Assembly (NCBI GenBank): GCA_018883365.1
Contig: VEQF01000001.1
Location: forward strand, 27,883-91,882
Source of the DNA: Candidatus Nanopelagicaceae bacterium
GTDB lineage: Bacteria; Actinomycetota; Actinomycetes; Nanopelagicales; Nanopelagicaceae
Length of the DNA: 64,000 nt
Direction of reading: 5' to 3'
Shown one piece after another: positions 47,202 through 59,100 of the stretch. A program made the translations under genes and the position numbers. The first letter of the stretch is position 1, and each line of letters begins with the position of its first letter. The notes below the pieces were generated by a model that worked only from the letters and a program-made list of their open reading frames with translations, was not told the DNA's origin and did no database searches.

Positions 47202-48794
47202 ATGTTCGCACGAAAAGAAGTAGACCACTCAAAACCGCTCACACATCGCGAAATCCTCATCATCATGAGCGGACTCATGACTGGATTATTACTTGCAGCT
47301 CTAGATCAAACCATCGTCTCAACCGCTCTCAAAAGCATCGTTGAAGAGTTCAATGGTTTGAATCACTACACCTGGGTAGTCACTGCGTATCTCCTAACCT
47401 CAACTGCATCAACTCCGCTCTACGGAAAAATCTCAGATTTATATGGACGCAGACCGGTTTATCAATTCTCTATTGTTGTCTTCTTAATCGGATCTTTGCT
47501 TGCTGGTGCATCCACTTCTATGGAGCAGCTCATCGCTACTCGCGCTATTCAAGGTTTAGGTGCCGGCGGACTTATGGGGCTTACCTTTGTGATTGTCGGT
47601 GACATAGTTTCACCACGTGAACGCGGTAAGTATCAAGGATTATTTGGTGCGGTCTGGGGAATTTCCTCAGTAGCTGGTCCATTACTTGGCGGATTTTTCT
47701 CTGACCGAGATGCAATCTTAGGAATCACTGGTTGGCGTTGGATTTTCTATGTAAATATTCCATTTGGAATTTTAGCTTTGATAGTTACCTCTCTAGTTCT
47801 ACATATTCCTAAGGTAAAGCGGGAACACAAGATTGATTACCTTGGAGCGCTCTTGATGGTTGTCTCCGTAGTTTCACTTTTGATTGGACTTTCAGTTCTT
47901 GGACCGGAAAATGGCTGGAGCGATAATCGCACCGTTGCAACCCTGGCCGGCGGAGTTATCTTCGCGGTGCTGTTTGTAATGTGGGAGTTCAAAGCTGCCG
48001 AACCAATTCTTCCGATGACTCTATTCAAGAATCGCACCTTCACTCTGACTTCGATTATTGGATTCATAATCGGTGCCGGAATGTTTGGCGCAATTGTTAT
48101 GTTGCCACTTTACTTACAGATTATTCAAGGTAATTCAGCTACCGAAGCTGGCTTGAAGCTGATTCCTTTAATGTTAGGAATTCTTACCTTCACCATTACA
48201 AGCGGTCGTCTGATCACCAAAAACGGTAAATATAAGCGTTATCCGGTAATCGGAACGGTAATTATGAGCGCAGGTATTTTCTTAATGAGTACTGCCAAGG
48301 TATCAACACCTTATTGGCAGATTGCGGTTTATGCGGTGGTTATCGGTGGCGGACTTGGCTTGTGTATGCAAACCATTGTTATCGCAGTACAAAATGCGGT
48401 CGAATTCAAAGACCTCGGAATTGCTACCTCATCTAATACATTTTTCCGTTCCCTTGGCGGTGCATTTGGAACCGCAATTTTTGGCACCATCTTGAGCGAT
48501 CGAATCGCAGAAAATCTCCGAGCCGAGTTTGCTGGAACTGGGGGCGCTGGAGTTGATCCGAATTTAATTGACTCATTAACTACTAATACCGCTTTGATTT
48601 CTACTTTGCCAACACAAATTCAAAGTGGAGTTCTAGAAGCATTCTCAAACTCATTCCATACTGTGTTTATTAGCGCCTTCCCTGTTGTGGCATTAGCTTT
48701 CTTCTTTGCATTAGCGCTGGAGGAAAAACCGCTTCAAGACAGCGCTAGCCATGCAAATGCGCGTCAAGACGCGGCCGGAGAGGCGTTGGGGTAA
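47202..48794 (+). CDS. MFS transporter, 14-TM DHA2 (EmrB/QacA-like) drug:H+ antiporter
   Basis: 530 aa. [10 protein letters not shown] near the N-terminus and the [11 protein letters not shown] motif A are typical of DHA2. Confidence 0.88.
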   Translation: MFARKEVDHSKPLTHREILIIMSGLMTGLLLAALDQTIVSTALKSIVEEFNGLNHYTWVVTAYLLTSTASTPLYGKISDLYGRRPVYQFSIVVFLIGSLLAGASTSMEQLIATRAIQGLGAGGLMGLTFVIVGDIVSPRERGKYQGLFGAVWGISSVAGPLLGGFFSDRDAILGITGWRWIFYVNIPFGILALIVTSLVLHIPKVKREHKIDYLGALLMVVSVVSLLIGLSVLGPENGWSDNRTVATLAGGVIFAVLFVMWEFKAAEPILPMTLFKNRTFTLTSIIGFIIGAGMFGAIVMLPLYLQIIQGNSATEAGLKLIPLMLGILTFTITSGRLITKNGKYKRYPVIGTVIMSAGIFLMSTAKVSTPYWQIAVYAVVIGGGLGLCMQTIVIAVQNAVEFKDLGIATSSNTFFRSLGGAFGTAIFGTILSDRIAENLRAEFAGTGGAGVDPNLIDSLTTNTALISTLPTQIQSGVLEAFSNSFHTVFISAFPVVALAFFFALALEEKPLQDSASHANARQDAAGEALG

Positions 48795-48883
48795 AAATTC
48801 AAATTAAGTCACCTTTTAAAGGACTTCCTAAAGAGGTCTCAGTTCTCACCGCTATCTCCTTCTTAGTAGCGGTTGGATTTGGT

Positions 48884-50035
48884 TTGATCATTCCCGCCAT
48901 ACCAATATTCGCTAAAACTTTTGGGGTATCCAACACTTTGATTGGATTGATCATCTCCTCATTTGCAATCATGCGATTTGTATCAGGTTTATTCTCCGGA
49001 AAACTTGTAGATCGCTTTGGTGAAAGAGTCGTTTTGGGCTTTGGACTCTTCATGGTCTCGATCTTCACTCTCCTTGCTGGCTTGGCGCAAAGCTATGAAC
49101 AGTTGCTCATCTTCCGTACAGCAGGTGGCCTGGGTTCATCTATGTTCTCAGTTTCGGCAGGAGCGCTGATTTTGCGGGTAGTTGCTGATAATCAACGCGG
49201 GCGGGCTCAATCCTTATACAACGGCGGATTTATTGCTGGCGGTGTTGCTGGTCCAGCTTTTGGCGGAGCATTGATTGCACTTTCTCCGCGTGCTCCATTT
49301 TTCATTTACTCTGGATTGTTAATCGCAGCCGGAACTGTTTCTCTAATTTATCTGCATGAAAGTCGATTAGGTTCAAAGGTAATTGCAGAGAAAGAAGATA
49401 GAGCTTTAACAATTCGTGAAGCTTTAGCGATTAAGCCTTATCTGTACTCCTTATTCCTAGCATTTTTAGGAAGTTGGATTCTCTTCGGCATGCGCTCTTC
49501 AATACTTCCTTTATTTGTAGTCGAGGATTTAGGAGCTAGCGCATCCTTAGTAGGAATTAGCTTTACCATCGCGTTGATTGCCCAAGGCGCGGTTATGGTT
49601 CGAGCTGGAAAATACTCTGATAAAAATGGCCGCAAACCTGTCATCTTGGTTGGTTTTTCTATCGTGATGATTGCACTTGTGCTCTTAGTTTTTGCTTCTA
49701 ACATCGCAATGTATTTGCTAGCCATGATCGTAATGGGGCTTGGCGCCGGCTTTGCCGCTTCAGCTGGAGCAATCGTCGGGGATGTAATTAAGGGCAAGAG
49801 TGGAAAGGTTTATGCCTTCTGGCAAATGGCAGGTGATGCCGGAATGATGGTTGGACCGGTCTTATTAGGTTTTATCTCAGATCACTTTTCATATCGCACC
49901 GCAATTGCATTTAGCGCAGCGGTATTTTCATTAGCAATTATTACCGCAATAAGAATCCCCGAGACCAATACTGCGACTCTCGGGGACTCAAAGCAATCCG
50001 ATTTAGATACGGCTCAACTCAGTGAAGGTAAGTAA
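48884..50035 (+). CDS. MFS transporter (12-TM); true start probably upstream of the track TTG
   Basis: SGKLVDRFGER motif A. The in-frame upstream extension (48797..48883) encodes the first half of TM1 but contains no ATG, GTG or TTG. Confidence 0.85.
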   Translation: MIIPAIPIFAKTFGVSNTLIGLIISSFAIMRFVSGLFSGKLVDRFGERVVLGFGLFMVSIFTLLAGLAQSYEQLLIFRTAGGLGSSMFSVSAGALILRVVADNQRGRAQSLYNGGFIAGGVAGPAFGGALIALSPRAPFFIYSGLLIAAGTVSLIYLHESRLGSKVIAEKEDRALTIREALAIKPYLYSLFLAFLGSWILFGMRSSILPLFVVEDLGASASLVGISFTIALIAQGAVMVRAGKYSDKNGRKPVILVGFSIVMIALVLLVFASNIAMYLLAMIVMGLGAGFAASAGAIVGDVIKGKSGKVYAFWQMAGDAGMMVGPVLLGFISDHFSYRTAIAFSAAVFSLAIITAIRIPETNTATLGDSKQSDLDTAQLSEGK

Positions 50036-50042
50036 TTACAAA

Positions 50043-50843
50043 TTAATCATTCTGTCCGCGAAGAATTGCGAGCAGACGTAGCACCTCTAGATATAGCCAA
50101 ACCATAGTCATTAATAGACCAAATCCAGCACGCCAGGATTCTTCCTGCGGGACGCCGGCACGAACACCCTCTTCAATCTGATCAAAATCTAGAATCAAGA
50201 AGAAGGATGCAATTGCTACACCTGCGATAGCAAGCAACGGACCAAAACCGCTTAGGCCATAAAGCCCCATGCCATTTCCTAGTCCAAAAAATGAACCAAT
50301 CAAGCTACCGATTGCTAAAACAAAATATCCAATAGCTGCACCGAGCAACATCCGGGTGAACTTTGGTGTGGCCCGCAAACGACCGCTCTTATATAGGAAA
50401 AGCATTCCAACAAAGGCAGCGATGGTCGCCACAATTGCTTGTTGCACAATTCCGTCATAGAAAAGCTCATAGGTTTTGCTGATTATTCCTAGAACCAAAC
50501 CTTGGCAAACTGCGTATGCCTGATAAACAGCTGGGCGAACAGTTTTGCTGAAGATTCCGATCATTGCGGTAACTAATCCACCAATGAATCCGATAAGCAG
50601 CGCACCTGATCCAAGATTCAAATACCAAGCTGCGGCTCCAACCAGAATAGAAATTCCAAAAAGAATTCCAGAACGGGCAACAACATCATCCATAGTCATG
50701 CGACCAGTGCGTAGAGATGAAGCCGCTGGTGCGTTGTAGGTCTCCTCTAAATTATCTGGAGTCTGCACCGTACCCATCGAGGCATAACCACGACGGCCTT
50801 GCTGACCAAACGCTTTACCAAGAACTGGATTCGAACTATTCAT
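50043..50843 (-). CDS. Bax inhibitor-1/YccA family membrane protein
   Basis: 266 aa with 7 TM helices after a soluble N-terminus. The C-terminal region has the acidic motif (LDFDQIEEG) typical of this family. Confidence 0.85.
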   Translation of the reverse strand: MNSSNPVLGKAFGQQGRRGYASMGTVQTPDNLEETYNAPAASSLRTGRMTMDDVVARSGILFGISILVGAAAWYLNLGSGALLIGFIGGLVTAMIGIFSKTVRPAVYQAYAVCQGLVLGIISKTYELFYDGIVQQAIVATIAAFVGMLFLYKSGRLRATPKFTRMLLGAAIGYFVLAIGSLIGSFFGLGNGMGLYGLSGFGPLLAIAGVAIASFFLILDFDQIEEGVRAGVPQEESWRAGFGLLMTMVWLYLEVLRLLAILRGQND

Positions 50844-50877
50844 TGCTCTCCTCTAGATGATTATTACTATTTATTTT

Positions 50878-50953
50878 TGGTGCCCTCGGTGGGGGTCGAA
50901 CCCACACTTGGACGATTTTAAGTCGTCTGCCTCTGCCATTGGGCTACAAGGGC
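50878..50953 (-). tRNA. tRNA with anticodon UAA (Leu by anticodon) but a class I (5-nt variable loop) structure; CCA encoded
   Basis: Reverse complement: GCCCTTGTAGCCCAATGGCAGAGGCAGACGACTTAAAATCGTCCAAGTGTGGGTTCGACCCCCACCGAGGGCACCA. The acceptor stem is 7 bp (one G-U). The anticodon stem is GACGA/TCGTC with loop CUUAAAA. The T arm is GTGGG-TTCGACC-CCCAC. The variable region is only CAAGT. Confidence 0.8.
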
Positions 50954-51717
50954 TTTCCCGCGTGGGCAAATCTACCCGCCTTTTTAACCACGGAATCCAA
51001 TTGGGTGGCTGTGAGCTTTCCCGTAAAAGTATTCTGTTGGCTAGGGTGGTAACTCCCGATGACCAATCTAGTATTCCCATCTTTGCCTTGAAACTTGAAA
51101 TGGGCTCCGTGGCCAAACTTTGGGCGCTTTCTAGGCAATTCCTCACCTATTTCAATCAGCACATCGGCGATTGCCTTCCAAGCAATACTTCCCAGAGCCA
51201 AATAGCTACGGGTAGTTGGAAGCAGTAACTCAAATTCACAGCGTAGCCAGGGCTCACATTTAGCGGTTTCTTGTGGGGTTGGTTTGTTTCCTGGTGGCAC
51301 ACAACGCACCGCGCAAACAATCCGAGTGTCGATCAACTCTTGTCCATCAAATCGTGAAGAGCTAGTTGGGATTTTTGCTAAACCATTTTTGTGTAGCGAT
51401 CTATAGAGCCAATCACCCGAACTATCACCAGTAAAAACTCTTCCGGTGCGATTAGCGCCATGAGCACCAGGTGCCAAACCAACAACTACAACACTGGCAT
51501 CTTGCGGACCAAAACCAGTAACAGGTTTACCCCAATACTTTTGATCTGAATAAGCACGCCTTTTTATTTCAGATATTTCTTCTCGCCACTGGACTAATCG
51601 CGGACATGCATCGCACTTAATGAGCTTTTGATCTAAAACCTTGAGTGAGCGGAGTTTAAGAATTTCTTTTTCTGGATCAATCGGCAATTTCTTAGGCAAG
51701 TGACCAAGCCATTCCAT
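50944..51717 (-). CDS. Uracil-DNA glycosylase, family 4/5 (UdgB-like, Fe-S)
   Basis: CDACPRL Cys cluster, GLAPGAHGANRTGRVFTGD (motif A) and HPSQQN (motif B). The last 10 nt overlap the 5' end of the tRNA gene. Confidence 0.85.
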   Translation of the reverse strand: MEWLGHLPKKLPIDPEKEILKLRSLKVLDQKLIKCDACPRLVQWREEISEIKRRAYSDQKYWGKPVTGFGPQDASVVVVGLAPGAHGANRTGRVFTGDSSGDWLYRSLHKNGLAKIPTSSSRFDGQELIDTRIVCAVRCVPPGNKPTPQETAKCEPWLRCEFELLLPTTRSYLALGSIAWKAIADVLIEIGEELPRKRPKFGHGAHFKFQGKDGNTRLVIGSYHPSQQNTFTGKLTATQLDSVVKKAGRFAHAGKPL

Positions 51718-52603
51718 CCAAAATGTCAGACTCAGATGCCACAAACTCTTTTGCGCCGCTCAACTCCATAATTCTGGAAAGTACAAGAGAGCCTGCAGCT
51801 ATGACATCTACTCTACCTTCATGCATGTAAGGCAAAGCAGCAATCTCCTGGCGGTTCATATGAAGGAATCGCTCGGCGACTTCATGGGTTTTTTCTGCAG
51901 TTACTCGAGATAAATGAATGGAGTAACGGTCATATTCATTGAGTCCAAGGGCGGCAGCTGCCACTGTAGTGGCGGTTCCTGCTACCGCAATTACGGTTTG
52001 TGCTTCGGTGATTGGAACTAATTTGGCAGCTTCGGAAATCGCTTCATCAATATCTCGCTGTGCATTTGCGATTTCATTAGCTGAAGGTGGCAAAGAGCTG
52101 AAATGCCTTTCGCTCATTCGCACACAACCAATATTCTGGCTTCTGGCAAAATCAACTTTTTCCGTGCCAAAAACAAATTCAGTTGAACCACCACCAATAT
52201 CAATGACCAAATAGGGAGCACCACTTTGGTGTAGCTCTTTGGTAGCACCGAAAAATGAAAGTGCGGCCTCTTCCTCACCGCTAATAACCTCAGGTTTAAT
52301 TCCCAACAAGGAGTTAACGCCATCAATAAATAAATCCCTATTAGCTGCATCACGAGTTGCGCTAGTTGCACAAAAACGGATCTTGGAAACCCCGCGCCTT
52401 GCAATTTCGGTAGAAAAATCAGCGACCGCTTTTAAAGTTCGATCAATAGCATCTGGATGAAAGGCTTTGTTTTGATCAACGCCCTGCCCCAACCGAACTA
52501 TCTGCATATTTCGATAAACCTCACGGAATTTCCCATCCGCAATATCTGCTATCAACAATCTGATGGAGTTAGTTCCACAATCAATCGCAGCAACTCTCGA
52601 CAT
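51692..52603 (-). CDS. ppx: Ppx/GppA family phosphatase (exopolyphosphatase-like)
   Basis: AAIDCGTNSIRLLIA and DIGGGSTEF, the ASKHA-fold motifs of Ppx/GppA. Size is 303 aa. Confidence 0.88.
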   Translation of the reverse strand: MSRVAAIDCGTNSIRLLIADIADGKFREVYRNMQIVRLGQGVDQNKAFHPDAIDRTLKAVADFSTEIARRGVSKIRFCATSATRDAANRDLFIDGVNSLLGIKPEVISGEEEAALSFFGATKELHQSGAPYLVIDIGGGSTEFVFGTEKVDFARSQNIGCVRMSERHFSSLPPSANEIANAQRDIDEAISEAAKLVPITEAQTVIAVAGTATTVAAAALGLNEYDRYSIHLSRVTAEKTHEVAERFLHMNRQEIAALPYMHEGRVDVIAAGSLVLSRIMELSGAKEFVASESDILDGMAWSLA

Positions 52604-53119
52604 TTAACTCTGGTCCTTAGCTCGGCGTTCTAGACAGTTTCCGTTTTCCCACCACTTTGGAAGTTTTGCCAAAGCTTCATCTCCTAGAGGATTAACCCCT
52701 TCACCAGCTGCTAAAGAGTGCGCGATTAGAGAATGTAGGCACTTAACTCGAGCAGGCATGCCACCTGCTGAGATGTCATCTAACTCAGGTACATCAATAC
52801 CAAGAGCTGCACGCGCAGCAAGATAATCATCATGCGCTGCCCGGTATTCACCAGCCAGTTGAGCATCTTCTTTCAGTCGTTCATTCATCTCAACCATCAA
52901 ATTCGAGTTTTCTAAAGTGGAAATCTCCGAAGTTAAATTTGGACAGGTCGCATAATAAAAAGTAGGAAATGGAGTTCCGTCACTTAATCGAGGTGGAGTT
53001 TCAACTACCGCAGGATTTCCACATGGACAGCGATATGCAATGGCGTGAACATCTCGAGGGGTTCGCCCTAGTTGAATTTCAATGGCTCCTAAATCAGCAT
53101 CAGATGGAATATTGGTCAT
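52604..53119 (-). CDS. DUF501 domain-containing protein
   Basis: The ATG at 53119 overlaps the upstream stop (ATGA). CPCG...YYATCP Cys pattern. Its conserved position between ftsB-like and ppx matches Rv1025-like genes. Confidence 0.7.
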   Translation of the reverse strand: MTNIPSDADLGAIEIQLGRTPRDVHAIAYRCPCGNPAVVETPPRLSDGTPFPTFYYATCPNLTSEISTLENSNLMVEMNERLKEDAQLAGEYRAAHDDYLAARAALGIDVPELDDISAGGMPARVKCLHSLIAHSLAAGEGVNPLGDEALAKLPKWWENGNCLERRAKDQS

Positions 53120-53568
53120 GGCGTTTGCGTCCCGACTCCAACTGAGGTGATTGAAGAAATCACTCTGGAATACCAAGGAACTCCCAGTGGGAAATCTTGA
53201 TTGATTGGTGCTGCACTTGATGTTCCATTATCAATTTGAGTGCTCAGACCCAAAATTATGTACTGCCGCTCACCGGGCAAAACAAAATGCAGACGATCGC
53301 GAGCTTGTGATTTCACATACTCTGGATCACGCCAACGTTGCAGCTCGGCTCTAGCCTCTTCCAACTTTTTGCGATTTGATTCAACATCAGCCTCTAAGGC
53401 GCTGATCTGTGCTCGCTGGGCAAAATAATGTTGTGTTGGTGGAGCTAAAGTAACTGCAACTCCAAACAAAACCATAAAAAGAATTAATAGCCGGGTTGAG
53501 ATTCCGCGCTTTTCAGCAAAACCCTCCAGAGCGGTGCGAAGCGGAATTGTCTTTCGCTTCATCCCCAC
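53116..53568 (-). CDS. Septum formation initiator (FtsB/DivIC-like)
   Basis: One TM helix followed by a coiled coil (ISALEADVESNRKKLEEARAELQRWRDPEY). It lies downstream of eno, as in other actinobacteria. Confidence 0.7.
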   Translation of the reverse strand: MGMKRKTIPLRTALEGFAEKRGISTRLLILFMVLFGVAVTLAPPTQHYFAQRAQISALEADVESNRKKLEEARAELQRWRDPEYVKSQARDRLHFVLPGERQYIILGLSTQIDNGTSSAAPINQDFPLGVPWYSRVISSITSVGVGTQTP

Positions 53569-53599
53569 TCCTTGGTTTAGGTGTTACTTGATTTCCTTT

Positions 53600-55572
<1,973 letters not shown>

Positions 55573-55579
55573 TTAAATG

Positions 55580-56194
55580 TTACTTATCGGTGACTGCGTC
55601 GCCTGCTGGTTCAGAGGCCACCACAGTAAGGGTATTCACATCCCATGTTCCGTAGCGTGGATTAACTGTGACCTTTAGGGAGTTTGCTTTATCGGTTACC
55701 AACTTCTGGATGCTGGCATTTACCGCAGCATCATCAGAGCCTGCAGCTGATTGCTTTTGTCCAATTTTGCGCAAAATCAAATCACGACGAAGTACATCAT
55801 CTAATGAGGTGGATGGGATGGCAGCGCTAACTAGAACATTTGGCAGATTCTCTTGACCACCGATGTTGGTGTAGATCTCGGTTTTGTAGGCTTCTATCTC
55901 TGAGGTTGTGATTTCAATCTTTTCATCTTTAGCAACGCCTTCAATGATCAAATTGGAGATCATGTAAGAAAGCTGTGATCGGGTCAGTGCTTCCCCATCC
56001 TCCAACTGCATTTGTGAAGTGTCTACGCCCTCTCGCTCACTTAAAATCAAATCCACTTGAGATTGCAAATCAGAGAGAGCAATCTGTGCATCGCCGACTG
56101 TGGCGGCTGAATCGACCTTTGAACATCCAGTCAATGCAACAGTAGCGGCAACAAATGCGACCAGAACTTGGGCTAGAACTCTTTTCACAAACAC
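55580..56194 (-). CDS. Lipoprotein with SurA N-terminal-like chaperone domain
   Basis: The lipobox LTGCSK follows a signal peptide. The body is helical, and the position between mfd and mazG is conserved. Confidence 0.55.
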   Translation of the reverse strand: MFVKRVLAQVLVAFVAATVALTGCSKVDSAATVGDAQIALSDLQSQVDLILSEREGVDTSQMQLEDGEALTRSQLSYMISNLIIEGVAKDEKIEITTSEIEAYKTEIYTNIGGQENLPNVLVSAAIPSTSLDDVLRRDLILRKIGQKQSAAGSDDAAVNASIQKLVTDKANSLKVTVNPRYGTWDVNTLTVVASEPAGDAVTDK

Positions 56195-59100
56195 TCACTT
56201 TCGTATGGGGCGCTCGAGCAAAGTCTGCGCTAATTCAAACGCCCAATCAAGGAGAGAAGTATCTCCTATCTCATCACTCTCAGATTCCCACGCAGCGCTC
56301 TGCGGGCGAGAAATTAAGACCACCTTTGTCACAGATTTCACAATAGATCCGGGATATAGGCGATTAATTTTGAGCTCCATGGACTCGGTTGGTGCAAATG
56401 GAGCCACCTTCACAAAACGACCTTGAACTGCAAAATCAGTGATTCCATGACCCTTCACATAAGTTCGTAATTGCGCGATTCTTAATAATGCTTGGGCCTC
56501 ATGTGGCAACGGTCCAAATCGATCCTGCAACTCCTCTCTTATTGCATTGATTGCTGCGTCATCTTTGGCATCTGCCAGCCTGCGATAAAGATCAAGGCGC
56601 AAACGATCTGCTGGGACATACTCCGCAGATAGGTGAGCTGTGATTGGCAATTCAACTTTGCACTCTTGAATATCTTCGACGCCATCGATTACACCGCGTT
56701 TGTAATCATTGACCGCTTCGCCAACCATGCGCATATATAAATCGAATCCAACATCTGCAATGTGTCCCGATTGTTCTCCGCCTAGCAAATTTCCAGCTCC
56801 GCGAATTTCCAAATCCTTTAATGCCACCTGCATTCCAGCGCCCAGCTCTGTGTTCTTTGCAATCGTGGTTAAGCGATCAAGTGCCAACTCTGACAAGGGC
56901 TTATCAGCTGGGTAGAGAAAGTATGCGTAAGCACGCTCTCTACTTCTTCCAACTCTTCCTCTGAGCTGGTGTAGTTGGGATAAACCAAACACATCAGCCC
57001 GTTCAACAATCAAAGTGTTTGCGTTAGCAACATCTATGCCATTTTCCACAATTGTGGTCGAAACCAAGACATCAAACTCTTTGTTCCAGAAGGCAACAAC
57101 AACCTGTTCTAGAGCTGATTCATTCATCTGACCATGCGCAATTGCCACTCTAGCTTCGGGAACCAATTTTCGAATCTTGGTGGCTACTTCATCAATGCTC
57201 TCAACCCGATTGTGAATATAAAAAACTTGACCGTCACGCAATAACTCACGATGAATTGCAGCAGCGACCTGCTTGTCATCATAAGCACCAACATATGTGA
57301 GAACTGGATGTCGCTCCTCCGGAGGGGTCGCGATGGTCGACATCTCTCGAATTCCAGTTATGGCCATCTCCAAGGTTCGTGGAATTGGTGTTGCAGACAT
57401 CGCCAAGACATCAACACTGGCCCTTAGTTTCTTTAACTTCTCTTTATGCTCGACTCCGAATCTTTGCTCTTCATCAACAATAATCAGACCCAAATCCCTA
57501 AAAGTGACATCCTCTGATAGCAAGCGATGGGTTCCAATCACAACATCAACTGAGCCGGCTGATAGCTCCTTTAAAACCTCATTTATTTCCTTGTTGGTGT
57601 TGAATCTAGATAGCGCCGCAACCTTTATTGGGAAACCTGCATAGCGCGATGAGAAGGTTGCAAAATGTTGTTGCGCCAGCAATGTGGTTGGAACTAAAAC
57701 CGCAACCTGTTTACCATCTTGAACCGCTTTAAACGCGGCGCGAATTGCAATCTCTGTTTTTCCATATCCAACATCACCGCAAACTATGCGATCCATGGGA
57801 TAAGGCTTTTCCATATCTGCCTTTACCTCGTTAATTGTTACAAGCTGATCAGGGGTTTCAACATAAGCAAAGGAATCTTCCAATTCGCGTTGCCAAGTTG
57901 TGTCGGGCGAAAATGCGAATCCGGGTGAACTCGTACGCGCCGCATACAACCGAATCAATTCGCCAGCGATTTCCTTTACTGCTTTCTTAGCGCGGGATTT
58001 CGCCTTTATCCAGTCTCCGCCACCAATTCGGTGTACAGCTGGAGTTTCACCACCAACATAACGTGTTATCTGCTCTAACGCGTCAGTCGGTACATAGATT
58101 CGATCTGCGGGTTGGCCCCTTTTAGATGCTGCGTACTCGATAACTAAATACTCTCGTGATGCTCCTGCAACTGTTCGCTGAACTAACTCGACATAACGTC
58201 CAACACCATGTTGTTCATGTACTACGTAATCGCCACTCTTTAACTCCAGCGGGTCAATTGTTTTTTTACGACGAGAGGGCATTCTGGTAGCGGTAATTCT
58301 TGAGTCTCGAGTTCCAGTAATTTCACCCTCAGTTAAGAAAAGAATCTTGTTGGACTCATCAACAAAGCCATTCTTTAGCGCTGAGGTAACTAAATAAACT
58401 GAACTACGAACTAACTGATTATCCACACCGGCCTTGAGTACTGCTGGGATATCAGCTTCTTGCAAAATATCTCGATATCGCTCCTGCAAGCCATGGCCCT
58501 GTAATGAGATAACGACGAGAAAGCCCTGATTCAAATAAGACTTTAAATCGGCAATAACTTTTTCAATTTTGTTGCGATAAGGATCAATCTCGCCAAATTG
58601 TTTGATTTCCGGATCATCTTCGTAGCCAAAGGAGCTAAAACTTCGCCAAAGCATCCCCTTCTCATGAGCTCTATTTTGTAGCTCTGTAAGTTCAAGAAAA
58701 GCACCGATCTGCAGTTCGTTTCGTAGCGGAACCAAAGTCTTAGTATTTTCACCTTTGCTGGTTAACGCAATATTGGACCAAGCGGCCGCCAAAAACTCTT
58801 GATTTGTGTTGATTAAGTCTTGTACTCGAGATCTGATCCGCTCTTGTTCTAGAAAAATAATCTCGCAATCTTTGGAAAGGTAATCAAGTAAGGAGTTGAA
58901 CTCAGGTGCCAATACCCCTGCTAGGGACTCTATCCCTTCAACGTAAATACCAGATTCGATTTTGTTACACATTTCAAGCAACTCTGGATATTGAAGTTTT
59001 AGTTTGCTGGCTTTTTGCTTTACCTGCTCATCAATTAGGACTTCTCTACAAGGAATTAGAGTTACCCCATCAGTGACTGCAGCAAAAGTTCTTTGATCGC

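Noticed and set aside
50857-51228. A 123-aa plus-strand ORF and a 91-aa minus-strand ORF covering the tRNA(UAA) gene.
   Set aside because: They run through a tRNA gene and the UDG coding region, so they are artefacts of the six-frame translation.
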